A stretch of DNA of 64,000 bases. Origin: Podarcis liolepis. Its lineage: Eukaryota. The DNA is taken from assembly GCA_965112155.1 (NCBI GenBank), contig OZ218105.1. One strand, written 5' to 3'. Positions 50,934-64,000 of this stretch are shown here, one piece after another. A program made the translations under genes and the position numbers. The notes below the pieces were generated by a model that worked only from the letters and a program-made list of their open reading frames with translations, did no database searches and was not told the DNA's origin. Each line of letters starts with the position of its first letter. Position 1 is the stretch's first letter.

Positions 50934-53307
50934 CGCTTAGACAATTAGCATATGCACCTTCATCTCTCTATCATTTTTATTGCAGTGACAGGGAATAATT
51001 TGCATCTATGAATCACACATCTCATGGAAAAAGAAAAACTGAATCTAGGACCTGCTAATTCTGTACCTGCTAATAGTGACTTGCATAAAATGAAGAAAAG
51101 AATAAACAAGGCATTTCCTGATGAGTACAGGTGAATGGTCAGTGGAGGACTGAAAATGCATTTTAGTCTGAAAACATGTGTTCAAGGGGGACAAGCATGG
51201 TCATTATGAGATTTAAAAACTGGGCACAAGTGCGTTTAAGACTCCTGTCCTCTCATTTCTAAATGAAGGGGTTTTTAGAATTCTTTCCCTCAAATATGCA
51301 GGGGAGTCTCCAGAGAGGTCTGTCCTCCATGGGTTGGAGAGTGTCAGGAACAACAAGGGGCATGGAACTAGCAAGTTCATCCCCGTTGGCCCCATCACTA
51401 TACCTTCCAAGTGCCCTGGGAAAAAATGGGACCAAATGGGACCAAGATCTTTTTTGCATGAGATCTTGGTGGCCATTTTGGGTGCCACAATCTTGCACAC
51501 TCTCAAGCTCCACCTTTGACCCCCCAAAAGTGTTTTTCAGGGTGAGAAAGAGACATGGGACTTGCCCGAGAGAGCATCCCAGAAGATACACGACCCGAGT
51601 TTGGGTTGGAAAAAGTTGGACAGTATGCATCACATGCTTATCACCTTCTAATTAAAGCCCACCTGAAGTGGCCTTATGTTGGCTTTACTTCACCATCATT
51701 GGCCTTAAATGGTTTTATTGAATGTATTGATTTAATTGTATTTTGCAACTGCACTTCAATCTTAACCAATGGCATGTATATACATATTAAAAACAATCAC
51801 AAATGCTCTTTGTGTTATTCAATTATTTTCATGTGCCTAAAATAAACCAGATAGGCCAGAGACTTTAGGAACTTTCTGAGGTCTTTTAATTTGACACTTT
51901 TCCTTTGAGTTAACTCTGCGGACCTTGTAAGCATGTAACAAAATCCTAATTAAGGAATCTGCTCTTAGGCTTCTTTTACATACCTAAATGCCTCCTCATT
52001 AAAATAGAACGAAAATAAAGTTCTTAGGAATGCCTTAATTGGCTTGAAAAACTTGTAAAATAAACAACCAATGACATAATGATGAACCTTAGATGCTGCA
52101 TGACAGGAAAGGAGAAATAATTGAATTAAAGCCTGAAGTTTCAGTATTCTGGTGCAGGGCTAGATTTGGGGGCAAGCAGCCCAGGGCAACAGGCTTGGGA
52201 GTGTGCCTATCATTGGCTCTCTGATCAACTATCCACTCAACAGATGTAATTAATACATATAAATGTGAACAACAATTCATATTCACTGCCACACCTGGCA
52301 ACACTAACCTACATATGTGGCCAGTAAACTTGCAACAGCTACCACTCAGCAACCAGACCAAAGAATGCAAAAGCATTGTTGCAGCTCCCCTCCAGACTGG
52401 TGTTTTTTTGCAGGTGCACTTTGCAACATGTCATTGATGCAACAGTTGATGGAGTTATACTGGACCGTCCACACACCATTCTGCTTTATTAGTTGTTCTG
52501 CGATGTCTCCCTAATATTATTGGAGGGGCACTCTTGCAGTACTGCACAGCAAAAGTGGGTAAAAACAACAACACCAGAACATTTGTGGTATAAAAAGTTG
52601 GAAAGATTTCAGCAGGAAGATTCGGAACATGCATTGACTGGAAACAAAGCAGTATGCCTGAATTATTATTTTTTGCAAACAGTACTGAAAACAGGATTGT
52701 GTATAACCCCTCTGTTACCAGCAAGAGCACAAATAATCATTAATGCACAGTAAAAAGGACATCTGGAGGGGCCCATATGACATGGGAAAATTGTGCATAC
52801 AAAACATATGTTAAAATTATGGTGTAGGCAACAAATGCAATAGAAAATAATGTTCCTTCCCTGGGCTGTCATTTGGTCTAAACTTGGCTCTGGTCAGGTG
52901 AGCTTTGCACCTGTACCCTCTACAGAACCTTGTATAGGGGGAAAGTGGAAGTTCTTCCTGGATCTATGTTGGGCAATGGCTGTTTTGCCCTTTGCTTAAC
53001 TCCTGTTGGCTCTGAGGCTATCCCCAGGAGACACTTGGCTTTGCTGTCCTGTGGTTTGTCAGGCAATTGGGGCAAAGATAATTATGAACTTCCATAACTT
53101 TACCTGGTGATTACAAGTCCTCCAAGGGCAGCAGAGGAAAGGATCTCCTGGGATCATGAAAGAGGAGTGTCATAACATGGGATGGGCCTGGTCCCCAAGA
53201 CAAATGTTATAGCCATTTATATAGTTTGTCATCTTTTAGGCACCAAATGGAGTGTGCCAATGTTCCCAGTCAGTGTTCCAGATTTTCAAGCTGCCTCTTT
53301 CTAAATA

Positions 53308-53352
53308 AAACAAACAAACAAACAAACAAACAAACAAACAAACAAACAAACA
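53308..53352. repeat. (AAAC)n microsatellite
   Basis: Direct inspection. Confidence 0.95.
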
Positions 53353-54063
53353 GCTCCATGTAGACATGACCCTAATGATAACTGGCACAGAAGACTAGTA
53401 AGCTGTGTGAAATAGTTAATTGGAAGGTGTGATTATTGTTTATGGCAAAAGTGTTTCTAGTAAGGAAGGGATCCTCATTTATACAAAATTGAATTTATGG
53501 AACAAATTCTTCCCTATTAGGATAGATGACTGCCAGTCTTTTAACATGTCTTCAGGCTACTCAAGAAGAGCTAGAGGAAGGGCACTAGAAATCAATGAAA
53601 GGCCTTCAGAACGGTGAAGCCTTCTTGACACCCACTTATCCCTTTCTCACTATGCAGTAACAAACTTTCACCCCCTCCTGATTTGCAAATAGTAACTGGG
53701 CAGTATAGGGATCAATGACATTTCCAGCTAATCTAATTTTAAGTCTTCCGCTGGAGTTGATGGCACCCCACAGGAGGGTAGATGGGATGAGCGTCCAATA
53801 AATCTGCTCAGTGATGAGAATTAGGGCACATCCACACCGTACATTTAAAGCACTATGGTGCCACTTTAAAGAGTCATGGCTTGTCCCAAAGAATTCTGGA
53901 AGCTTTAGTTTGTAAAGGGTGCTCAGAGTTGTTCGGAGACCCCAAGTCCCCTCATAGGGTTGCAGGCTCCAGAATTCCCTGGGAAGAGGGAGTGATCAAT
54001 AAACTACCGGTACTCTGTAAATTGTAGCTCTGTGAGGGGATTAGGGGTCTCCTAACAACTTTC

Positions 54064-54403
54064 GCTGTGGGTTAAACCACAGAGCCTAGGACTTGCTGAT
54101 CAGAAGGTCGGCGGTTCGAATCCCCACAATGGGGTGAGCTCCCGTTGCTCAGTCCCTGCTCCTGCCAACCTAGCAGTTCGAAAGCACGTCAAAGTGCGAG
54201 TAGATAAATAGGTACCGCTCCGGCGGGAAGGTAAACGGCATTTCCGTGTGCTGCTCTGGTTAGTCATGCGGTTTAGTCATGCTGGCCACATGATCTGGAA
54301 GCTGTATGCCGGCTCCCTCGGCCAATAAAGCGAGATGAGCGCTGCAACCCCAGAGTCAGTCACGACTGGACCTAATGGTCAGGGGTCCCTTTACCTTTAT
54401 CTT
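54064..54403 (+). mobile_element. Sauria SINE inserted into a MITE
   Basis: B-box GGTTCGAATCC and CCCTTTACCTTT tail. Perfect TSD TAACAACTTTC at 54053-54063 and 54404-54414. Confidence 0.92.
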
Positions 54404-55029
54404 TAACAACTTTCAGTACCCTTAACAAACTACAGTTTCCAGAATTCTCTGGGGGAATCCGTGAGCATTTAAAGTGGTATCAGGGATGATGTTCACTTCA
54501 TGCAAAAAAAGAAAGAAAAAAAGAAAAGAAAATGAAACTGGTTTTTAGCTCAGCTCTTTTTATAATAACATGTGTGAAAATGACTGATTAGTTATTTGGG
54601 CTGGAAATGGAGCCAGTTATGATAATCAGTTCATCCCCCCCTCCCTTCTGCAGTCTCTTGCGCTAAGTGCCAGGCTCATTCTAGGTTTCTCCTTAGGCTT
54701 ATTTAATGCCTGGTGAAGGAAGGGAAAACAAGTGTACATTTAAGTTTTTGAAGATTACGAACTACACATTAACTTTAAATTAAAATAAGAAAAGAACAAA
54801 CATTAAGTTTTGACAAAAAAGACCAAAACACCCCCCCCCCCCCATAAATACATTCTAGGTGTTTTCAGTACACATCTCCAAGAGTTCCCTGTGAATATTG
54901 AATCAGTAAATTGTATGGAGACAATTAAAATCATATACAAATTGTACATTGGAATAGCAAAAAGCACCATTAACCACATGTATACTATACATACTTTGAA
55001 CTCAATTCAAAGCACTGCTTTTGAATTAG

Positions 55030-55450
55030 AAAGCCTTAAGAAGCTTAGGCCACCAGTACCTTAAGGGCTATCTTCCCATATAAACCAACCCAGACCCTGT
55101 GGTCATCCTCTGAGGCCCTTCTTCATGTGCCCCCTCCATGGACCTAAGCTGCATGGGGCCTTTCCAGTGGTGGTCCTCCCACTTGAACAATGCTCTCCCA
55201 AGGGAGGCATGCCTGGCACCATCTTTATCTATTTTTAGGTGCCAGCCAAAGATTTTTCTCTTTACCCAGGCTTCAAACCCTTAATTTGAAGGGTGACATT
55301 GTGGCCTATTTCAGTGGGGAGGGACCAGTATTTCTTGGTCTACTTTAGCTTTTCAGCTGTGTTTTATATTTTTGTTGGACGTTCTTAGTTGGTTTTAATG
55401 TAAGTCACTTCGTGTCCTTTTGTGAGAAAAGCGACCGGCAAATATAATAA
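55030..55450 (+). mobile_element. L2-type LINE 3' end
   Basis: 'gggcctttccagtggtgg...aatgctctccc' through 'gaaaagcgacc..aaatataataa' tail. Confidence 0.55.
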
Positions 55451-55830
55451 CTAACTAACTAACCAACCAACCAACCAACCAACCATGATAACACAAAGAA
55501 TTATTTAAATCAGGAGTTGCCAACATGGCACCCATGGGTATCATTGTGTCCACCAATAGCTCCTACGATGCTTTTGAAGGCATATTGTTGATAGGAGTAG
55601 CTGACACGGGGTGAAGATGTCGGCATCATTTTGTGGTGTAGTCTCTTTTTCTGCTTTTTTAAATTTTTAGATGTGACAATTATTTTGCATTATGCAGTAC
55701 AGACCATGGTAGTCTTCTTGTGACTGGCGCCCTCAGGTCTTTAACATAAGAGCATAAGAAGAGTTCTGCTAGATCAGGCCAATGGCCCATCTACTCCAAC
55801 ATCTTGCTCAGACAGTGGCCAACCAGATGC

Positions 55831-56532
55831 TCTCATGAACTGACAGGAGGACAGGGAGGAGGAAGAGGATCCTGGTGTGTGTGTGTGGGGGGAGGTGTAG
55901 CCTGGAATGGGACACACCTTGGTATGCAGGGAGGGGATGGGGAAGGAGGTACTCACAGGATGACAGAAGTTTGTGAGGGGATGGGGGTCAGTGCACAGGA
56001 ACCAGAGCAGCAGGACTCATCACCAGACTCAGAGGGGCCCCTGTCTTCACAAACACAGTGGGCTCTGAGGTGTAGGGAGCAGTGGGAAGGGCGCTCTAGG
56101 AGGCTGAAGCAGGCAAGGGCCCATAGCTTAGCTCACTAGCTGGCCAAGTACGGCTCACTAGCTCTGGGAGGAGGGGTGTGATTCCTCAGCTGGAGTGAGC
56201 TTGGAACAGGTGAGGGTCACATGTCTCATCAAGTCCAGATGCTGTAGTTAGCATGCAAAGTACAAAAGACAAGCAGAGCTGAGGTGCTGTATCTGTTCAA
56301 CTGCCCATGTTGGTGGGCCTTGGCTTGGATGCTCCTGGACCTCTACAGGACTGCGCTTTGAGTTTGACTCTGGACTGTAATCTGACTGCTGGACTTCAGA
56401 CATGGCTGACTTGGATTGACCCTGGACTGCGTTTCCTGACCTTGGTCTTTGCTCGTGTGGATTGAGCCCTGGTCTTTGAACTTTGGACTTGACATACAGA
56501 CTTGCCACCAGGTAGGCCAGGGTTTCAGAACA
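55831..56532 (+). mobile_element. Probable degenerate solo LTR interrupting a CR1-type 3' fragment
   Basis: G/A-rich insert that splits a repeat seen unbroken at 8150-8300. Ends ...TCAGAACA. No clean TSD, boundaries approximate. Confidence 0.45.
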
Positions 56533-58454
56533 GTGCAACAACACTCTCCCTACTTGCAATTCCAAGCAACTGGTATTTCATGATATGCCTTCAACCATGG
56601 AGGCAGATCATAGCTGCCACTACAAGTAGCCCTTGTTATCCTTCCCCTCCATAAAATTGTCTAAACCTCTTTTAAAGTCACCCAAGCTAGCTTTTCCAGA
56701 CATGTCCACTGGTCTTGACATGGTTGGCAACACTAATCTAGGCACCAACACCCATCAGGCATGGTTCTTGTGTCAGCCCCCTTAAGAAGAACAAGACTTA
56801 GTCTGCTGCTGATTCACTAATCCTGTTAATTCAATAGCCAAAGTGGATGGTTGAAAGAGAAGCCACACAGGAAGAGAAGCATTTCTATATGGGTCACAAA
56901 TGGCTTGGGGGCAGGGCAGGGGAATCCCCTTCAAAACATTCAGCTCCAGTCTTTCTGCCATCAAGGAACTCTCTTCAAGCACCACTGGGAAGGAGCAGCA
57001 CAGTAGATTGCAATTGTTGTGATGCTTACAAGAGTTTCCAATCTACCTGCGTCAAAAGTCCTTTGTACAAAAGAGCATAAGAACATAACAAAAAACAAAA
57101 ACAAAAAAACCAGCCCTGCTAGATCAGCTCAGTCCAACCAGATGCCATCAAGAAGTCCACAGTCAGGGCATGAAGGCAATAGCTCTCCCCTTCTGTTACC
57201 CCAAGCAACTGATATTCTGTTCAGTGTTATACTGCCTAGGAATGGATTCTACTTAGCCATTAGGGTTAACAGTCAAGCATAAGTTTTACCTTCCATGAAT
57301 TTGTTTAACCATAACTCACCAAGCTGGGCTTCCATCCTAAAAGCTGCTTTGTAGCTGACAATTGTGGCAGCTGCAACTCCCCACCCACCCCCCTGCTGCC
57401 CCCAAACTCTCATCTTCAAATGGCAGCTTCTTCTGTTCCAGTCTGATACTGTGTTGTCATTAGGGAAGTCATAGAATACCTATTGAAACAGAAACGGGTG
57501 TGGAAATTGCTGTTTTCCACATCTTGGCTCCTTGTCAAGACCGGATTAACTTCATGCAAATATGAGCGGCAATTGTTGACACTGAATTTCAAAGCTGCGA
57601 ATGTCACTAATTAATGGAACTTGCATCCAAGTTACATTACTTGGATGCAAGCTCCATTGAACCCAGTGAAACTTTCTCCCCCCTGAGTGAATATGTATAG
57701 GATTACCCTGTAAATCTCATACAGAATATTGGGTTTTTGACAAGTTGTGGCTGGTGCCCAGTGGATCCAGTAGGCGAAAGGCAGGGAGCCTAACAGGAGT
57801 TGAACCCAGAAGCAATGGCAGGCAGAGCCCACTAATTCTAGTTTTGTCCTTATCCTTCTACGTGCTGGAGGAGGGTTAAGGGCAAGACTAAGGTTGGTGG
57901 GGCAGTATCCCAGTCACCTTAACAGACCAGCCCCCACTGCTCATATGCTATGAGGATTTCAGGGATAGAAGTTGGGAGAGAAAACAGGAGGCTCTGCAGT
58001 CCCTTGGAACTCTGACTAAAACCAAGATACAAAATACCCAAGATAAGAAGGGTGACAGATGTGAAGCTGCACAGGGCTCACCTTAAACTTTGGATTATTT
58101 CTCAGAGGTTTAATTAGCTAGGTGTGTGGTTCTCCTAGAAGAGAAGCATCACCTACTGAAGAGCCTCTTTCAGCAAGCCTTTTAAGGGTTTATCCACACT
58201 TACGTACCTTCTGCGCTGCTGCTTCCAGACAGAGGTCTGCACTTTAACGATCCATGTCCTGGTACGGGTTTTTTGCCCCATGTTTTCCCCACAAAAACCC
58301 ACTCTTTAAAGTTGAATTGGAGCAAATGTCAATTTAGGTTTTCCACAAATTGACATTTGCTCTGATTGAGCTTTAAAGAGTGTGATTTTGCAGGGAAAGC
58401 TTTGGAGTAAAAGAAAAAGGAAAAGGAAAAAAAAGAAGGGGGAGGTGCTCTGGT

Positions 58455-58790
58455 GTCCAGAATTGAACACAGCATTCCAGGTGTGGTCTGGCCAAGGCAG
58501 AATAGAGCGGTACTATTACTTCCCTTGATCTGGACACTATACTTCTGTTGATGCATCCTACAATAGTTTTAACTCTTTTTCTTTCTTTCTTTCTTTGCTG
58601 CTGCTGCTGCTGTGTCACACTGTTGACTCTTGTTAAGCTTGTGGTCCACTATGACCCCTAGATCCTTTTCACATGTACTGCTATATTTGCGCACCTGGTT
58701 CTTCTTGCCTAAGTGCAGAATCTTACATTTGTGCCTATTGAAATTTATTTTGTTAGTTTGGGTCCAGATCTCCAATCTATTAGGATCACG
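58455..58790 (-). pseudogene. CR1 LINE ORF2 C-terminal fragment
   Basis: [58 protein letters not shown]. Confidence 0.9.
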
Positions 58791-61391
58791 TTTTAAAGAT
58801 TTAAAAAATTGTTTTATCACTTGTTGTTTGCCGACCTGGGCTCCTTTGGGATAGAAATGTAATAACAAATAAGACATGATATTATGTTATCAACAACAAC
58901 ATTTATGGGGAGGGTTGACTGGGGAGGGAATTGCAGAGATAAAGTGCCCCTCCCTGTATACCTTGATCCCTGTAACTCTCAGGCACCTCATAGCTGTAAT
59001 TAATTTGAAAAAAAGCATAAGACATCATTGCATGCTATGCAATAAGCTTGACCCTGAGTTAGAGAGTAGGCAGGGAAGAGAGCATTTGCATTTTCGAGTG
59101 CTTTCAAGCCTTTTTGCATGGCCGGCATGAATCACACCTGAAACTAAAGGATGATCTTGTTCTGGTTCTGCTTAGTTCTCTTTTCCATGACAAAACTCAG
59201 TTTCTTCAAGTCAAGGTGCTAAGGGCTTTGTTAAAATGGCAGCATGGCTGAGATTTTTAATAACAGTTCATGCTATACGATCTCAACCCTTACAGATTAT
59301 ATGTATTCTCTTCTACTGAAGTAAGGAAGCACATGAAGAAGAACTAAACCTGAATTGCTTTTGGAGAAAGTTAATGAAGCAAAAGTTGGGCAGTGAATTG
59401 GAAAGTGGGAAAACCTTGCTTATATTCACCAGTACTATTTTTATTTCCCTGATTAAAAGGTGGTAAGCCGGTGTCTCATCCTTTGGAGAGATACAGCAGC
59501 CTGCGTTAAAAGAAAATATTCCTTAAAAAATAAATACATTTGGTAACCTGGTTCCTGTTTACATATTTTTGTAGATGCTCATGATTTCCCAACAGACATG
59601 ACGCCATTTCTACCTATTGCATATATGCAGCTGAATGAATTCTGCATGAGGACACTCTGGCCTTTCTTTGATTTGTAATTATAATTTTCTTTTGTGCATT
59701 GGTGTTTGTTTGTTATATATTTTTGATTGCTGCATGCTTAAAGTTTAAAACCAAGAGGACTTTTTTAAAAAATGAGAAGCTTCTAGAAATGTCTAAGCAA
59801 TGGAAGCATGTGACAGGGTGAACAGCCTGCATTGCGTGTCCCCTGGGATGATGTGAGTTAGAACCAAGAGGTGTGCCTGTAACCAGATTCTAGAAAGGAA
59901 AGTGCATTGTACAAAGGCATTCATCTCAACAATAGCAAAGCATGAATTGGTTCTATGTTTGGTTCCTTTGCAATAACCTTGTGAGCACTCTGCACTCCCA
60001 GCACAGTGAAAGAAGCATCTGAAAAGGCTTTAAGTGACTACCTCACTTTTTTCAAAAAAAAGATGATTGCCTTTCTATCAGAGTACATATTCTCTTTTCT
60101 GACATCTCATTTCCAGCTCTGCTTGTTCTTAGTTCTGTGAGCCTGGAAATGGTTGAACTTTTGAGTTCAGTGACTTAAACCTCAGAAGGAAATGAATAGA
60201 AGACTGATAGAAATCTCAATATTTTTCAGAAAAGAAACAGAATTGTTTCTTTCTTGGGAAAGTTACCAATTGACTGCAACATTCAGATTCGAGCATGCTT
60301 AACAAATCAGCTTGTGCACCCTTTAATACTTGTCAGAAAAAGGAGTGAGGGCCCCTGCCCTGCAGAAAAAGAAAAGAAACACAGCATTCAAGAACCAGAA
60401 TATAAATTTGTCACACTCACGAACATCTCCATCTGAATGCCTCCAAACCCAATATGTTAGAAAATGGAAGTGTTATTTACCCAACATTTATAAGCACAAA
60501 CGTACATAGCAAACTGTCAAATGTACAGCTAGGCCATTATGCGTTTTAACAGCTTTAATTACTGAGTACTTAAAACGCTCCTTATATTATGCCATCTGGT
60601 ACCAAGAAGCTTTAATGAATTTATAAACCTAATGGAATAAGTCTTGCGCATTCGGAATGTTTGAAAATGGGTTGCTAGTCACTGGAAGATGACAGATTTA
60701 TCAACACAAAGAAAAAAAGCTTCAATCTTTTGCCTTGGGCCATTAAGAGTCAACCAATTGTTAACTTTTGGTAATTTTTGCTTAAATAATTTTGCAGTGG
60801 GAAGTATTAAAGTTTATAACTACAGTATAACTTCTTCCATGCAAATTTCAAGTAATTGAGATTATTTCTCACAGAGGACTATTTTTTTGTTCTAACTTAA
60901 ATCCCTTTAAAAGAGGGGGGAAATCTGTAAAAATTATTTTCTGTCATCAGTCTGGACTGGGTATTTGGTTTTTTAAATTGGTTTTCATAATGTTGTACAG
61001 TAATTAGACTCAACAAATGGGTGAAATGTTTTCCCGTGGATTTGCATTAGAATAAAAATTGGAAATAATTCTGTAGATGGAAGAAAAGCAAATGTAAATA
61101 GTGTGTTTGTTAAAACAGGTATTGTCCATATGAGGCCTATTTCAGCAAGACCAGACTTCCCCAGCCAGTGTTGGCTGAGGTTGATGGGAGTTGTTGTCCA
61201 AAACTTGTGGAGGGCACCAGGCTGGGGGAGGCTATATTACTTTGTCATTATTTCTGCACAAAGGCTGCTTTCCTTCCAATTAAAACAGGCTAGGTGGTAA
61301 GTATCTAGAACAAAATGGAGCCACCAAAAAATGCCAGGCAGTGAAAAGTATTCTCACATTTTGCGACTTAATTCTGAGTAAACATACAAAG

Positions 61392-61888
61392 TGTCAGGTA
61401 TATAGCTTAACCAAATGCCTGTGAAGTGCCAGACACTGGAGATGAAGGAATGCCAGTACAGCGGGAGACAGAGTCTGACCCTGGAGACGGACAGGAGTGG
61501 GTTAGCCTGGTCCCCCTTCATCAAGAATTCCCAGACTCGGAAAGCTCGCAGAAGGAGGGGAGGAGATAGACGGCATGCAACCAGGAGAAAGGCAGAGTTT
61601 AGAGGCTTCTTCTTTTGACAGTGGGGGGAGGGGAAGTTCACCCACCTTCTCCCTGAACTAGAAGAGCTGAAATGGTGAAAATGCAATGGAAGTACAAGAG
61701 AGGAAGGACTGGACTCTGGCACCCTTCATACTGCAAAAGGGGCAGGGACTCAGAGTGACCCACTCGTACCTAATGGCGGCAGGCTTAGAGACGCTCTCTG
61801 GATATAAATTGTAAATAAACATACATAAAACTGCAAGAGACTCATTAAATTCTTATCAGAGCTTGCTTTCCTGCCTGAGATCATTACA
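61392..61888 (+). mobile_element. Solo LTR of an older Gypsy-like element
   Basis: TGTCAGG...CATTACA ends, 5-bp TSD CAAAG (61387-61391 and 61889-61893), AATAAA at about 61814, purine-rich U3-like body. Confidence 0.75.
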
Positions 61889-62934
61889 CAAAGGGTTGGC
61901 ACAGATCAAGTATATAAGAGATTACAAGTTGTATTTTAGGTATGTTTGGCCAATATTGCAAGGTACTCATAGGTTTTTTAATAGAGCTCAGGATCTCCCA
62001 GTGAAATTGAAAGGGAACAGTAGATTCAGAAGAGAAAGGATTTCTTCATGCAGCACATCATGTGGTGCTGGCTATTGATTGACACATTCTTTTAAGCTGA
62101 TTAGGACAAAGAGACCCAAAGCCCTTTCTGGTTGTTAGTCTCCGCAATTTCGGTTGATACAGAGGTAGACTTTGTCTGAACCTTAAGGTTCCATACAGAT
62201 ATCTTGTCTAAATATCAATTGATGGACACCTTTCTTTCTCCAGGTTTGGAGGCAGTTTACTTCTGAATTTGCTGAGGGAAGAGAGTAAAATGAAAGAAAG
62301 GGGTTATTGACCTCAAACTCTACATATGGATTGCCTGAAGAATCTGGCTGCCATTGTGGGAAGCAGGATACTAGACTAGATGGACCTTGGGCTTGATCCA
62401 GTGCTGTTGCTTTTATATTCAAAAGTACTTCCCACATCCTGCCTTTTAAACAAAATAGTGCAGGGGCACCCAGGGGGCGTAGATGGGGGGGGGGACATCC
62501 TGTCGCACAGGTGAAGGTCCTTGTGAAAAGCAGAAGCAGCCAGACTAGCTCATCTTCCAGCATGTTTTACTTCCTAGATTTCTTCATAGGAGGGCAATCA
62601 TCATCATCATCATCATCAATGAGAGCTAAAAGTCTGCCATCCTGGTACAATGGCTCCAGTTATACCACAGATAATCTGGCCTTGCTTTGCCTTCTCGGAT
62701 ATTTGATTTATACCTGAAAGAATTAATTCAGCTGCAAGTTTCTCTTTAGCTCTAGCTACCAAATTGTCCACCCATTGTAGCAGTCAAAGGAAAAAGGCAA
62801 AGCCTGGTTCAGATAATTTCCACCATAGCTTTATTTTTTATCAACAGTACAAACCATTTTGGAACCATAGAATCAAAGAACTATGAACAAAACCCCCAGC
62901 TTGATGTATACAGGCTTCCTTCCATTTTGCAGTA

Positions 62935-63176
62935 CAGTGGTACCTTGGGTTACATACGCTTCAGGTTACATATGCTTCAGGTTACAGACTCCGCTAACCC
63001 AGAAATAGTACCTCGGGTTAAGTACTTTGCTTCAGGATGAGAACAGAAATCGTGCTCCAGCGGCGCAGCGGCAGCAGGAGGCCCCATTAGCTAAAGTGGT
63101 GCTTCAGGTTAAGAACAGTTTCGGGTTAAGAACGGACCTCCGGAACGAATTAAGTACTTAACCAGAGGTACCACTG
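62935..63176. mobile_element. Tc1/mariner (Tigger-like) MITE
   Basis: TIRs CAGTGGTACCT..GGTTA / TAACC..AGGTACCACTG and TA TSD on both sides. Confidence 0.9.
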
Positions 63177-64000
63177 TATTGTGTCTATGAAGCACATTCT
63201 CAAAGCGCTTCTACCCCAGTTTCTCTATCAACCATGCCTTCAGTTGTGGTCACAGAATGTATAGGGAGGTTGTCCTCACACGCAACATCCACATGGGTTC
63301 ATCTGAAGTACTGCATGGACTGTAAAAACACACCATTGTGTGCCTGTAGGCATGAGGGTCTGTGCAGCTGTTCAGAGGAATATGTGTAAAATAGGTGTGT
63401 GGGAGTTCTTTCAGACATCTAGGATCGAAAGTGTGACTACAGTTTTCAGGGAATGTTTTCTTTTCTTGTTAAGGGAAAATATCCCTCACTTTCCTTGAGG
63501 TACAATCAAGCCCACTGGTGCAATCATGTTTATGTAACTTTAACGATAAGAGAAAATGAAAAAAAATAAAGTAGAACAACAACGGCACTGCTTAACTAAC
63601 TTGTCTAGACAACACACACATTTGTATAAATGGGATTTTGGAGAAAATCTTTTCAAAAGTTAATTTGTTTCTCTCATAGTAATCAATAAGGAGATGGCTT
63701 TTACTTATTCCATGCATCCTATTCCACATCAGGGTCCATCCTGGGTCATCAAGCCTTGATATAAGGTAATTCCCCAATTACTTGAAAGTTAATTACAAAC
63801 CTCTGCAATTTCCTCTGGATGATCTCAGATGCATTTCAATACGTTCATTGATTTCAAGAGGCTATTCATATCTTTGAAATGAGTCTTTTTTATACAGAGA
63901 AAGCTATAAAGCAGCATTCTTTGAATGACTGACAACACCAAGCAAAAAAATAATGTGGGGGTAAGCAAAGTGCATTTTGGGGGAGTAGGACAGATTTGGC

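Noticed and set aside
54064-54135. tRNA gene
   Set aside because: The A/B boxes belong to the tRNA-derived head of a Sauria SINE.

Overview
Vertebrate non-coding DNA from a squamate reptile. Sauria SINEs and the MITE set suggest a lacertid-type lizard (inference). I cannot confidently support any host protein-coding exon. The main feature is an apparently intact and very young Ty3/Gypsy chromovirus-type LTR retrotransposon of the Tf1/sushi/PEG10-like lineage on the minus strand (41017-47638). It has two 792-bp LTRs that look identical, a 5-bp TSD (GCAAT), a gag ORF with a CCHC knuckle, and a GGGAAAC -1 frameshift site with a predicted pseudoknot. Pol encodes PR-RT-RH-IN-chromodomain. Two features are unusual. 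First, there is no tRNA PBS; an 11-nt site is instead complementary to the predicted transcript 5' end, as in Tf1-style self-priming. Second, Pol continues about 380 aa past the chromodomain, through the PPT, all of U3 and into R, so the LTR itself encodes an acidic tail with a basic C-terminus. Two older LTR relics (61392-61888 with TSD; about 55831-56532) keep decayed acidic-then-basic frames of similar design. The rest is AT-rich DNA with LINE fragments (L2, CR1, RTE), Sauria SINEs, hAT and Tc1/mariner MITEs, a hAT transposase relic, microsatellites, a 141-N gap and a few enhancer-like or CTCF-like motifs.
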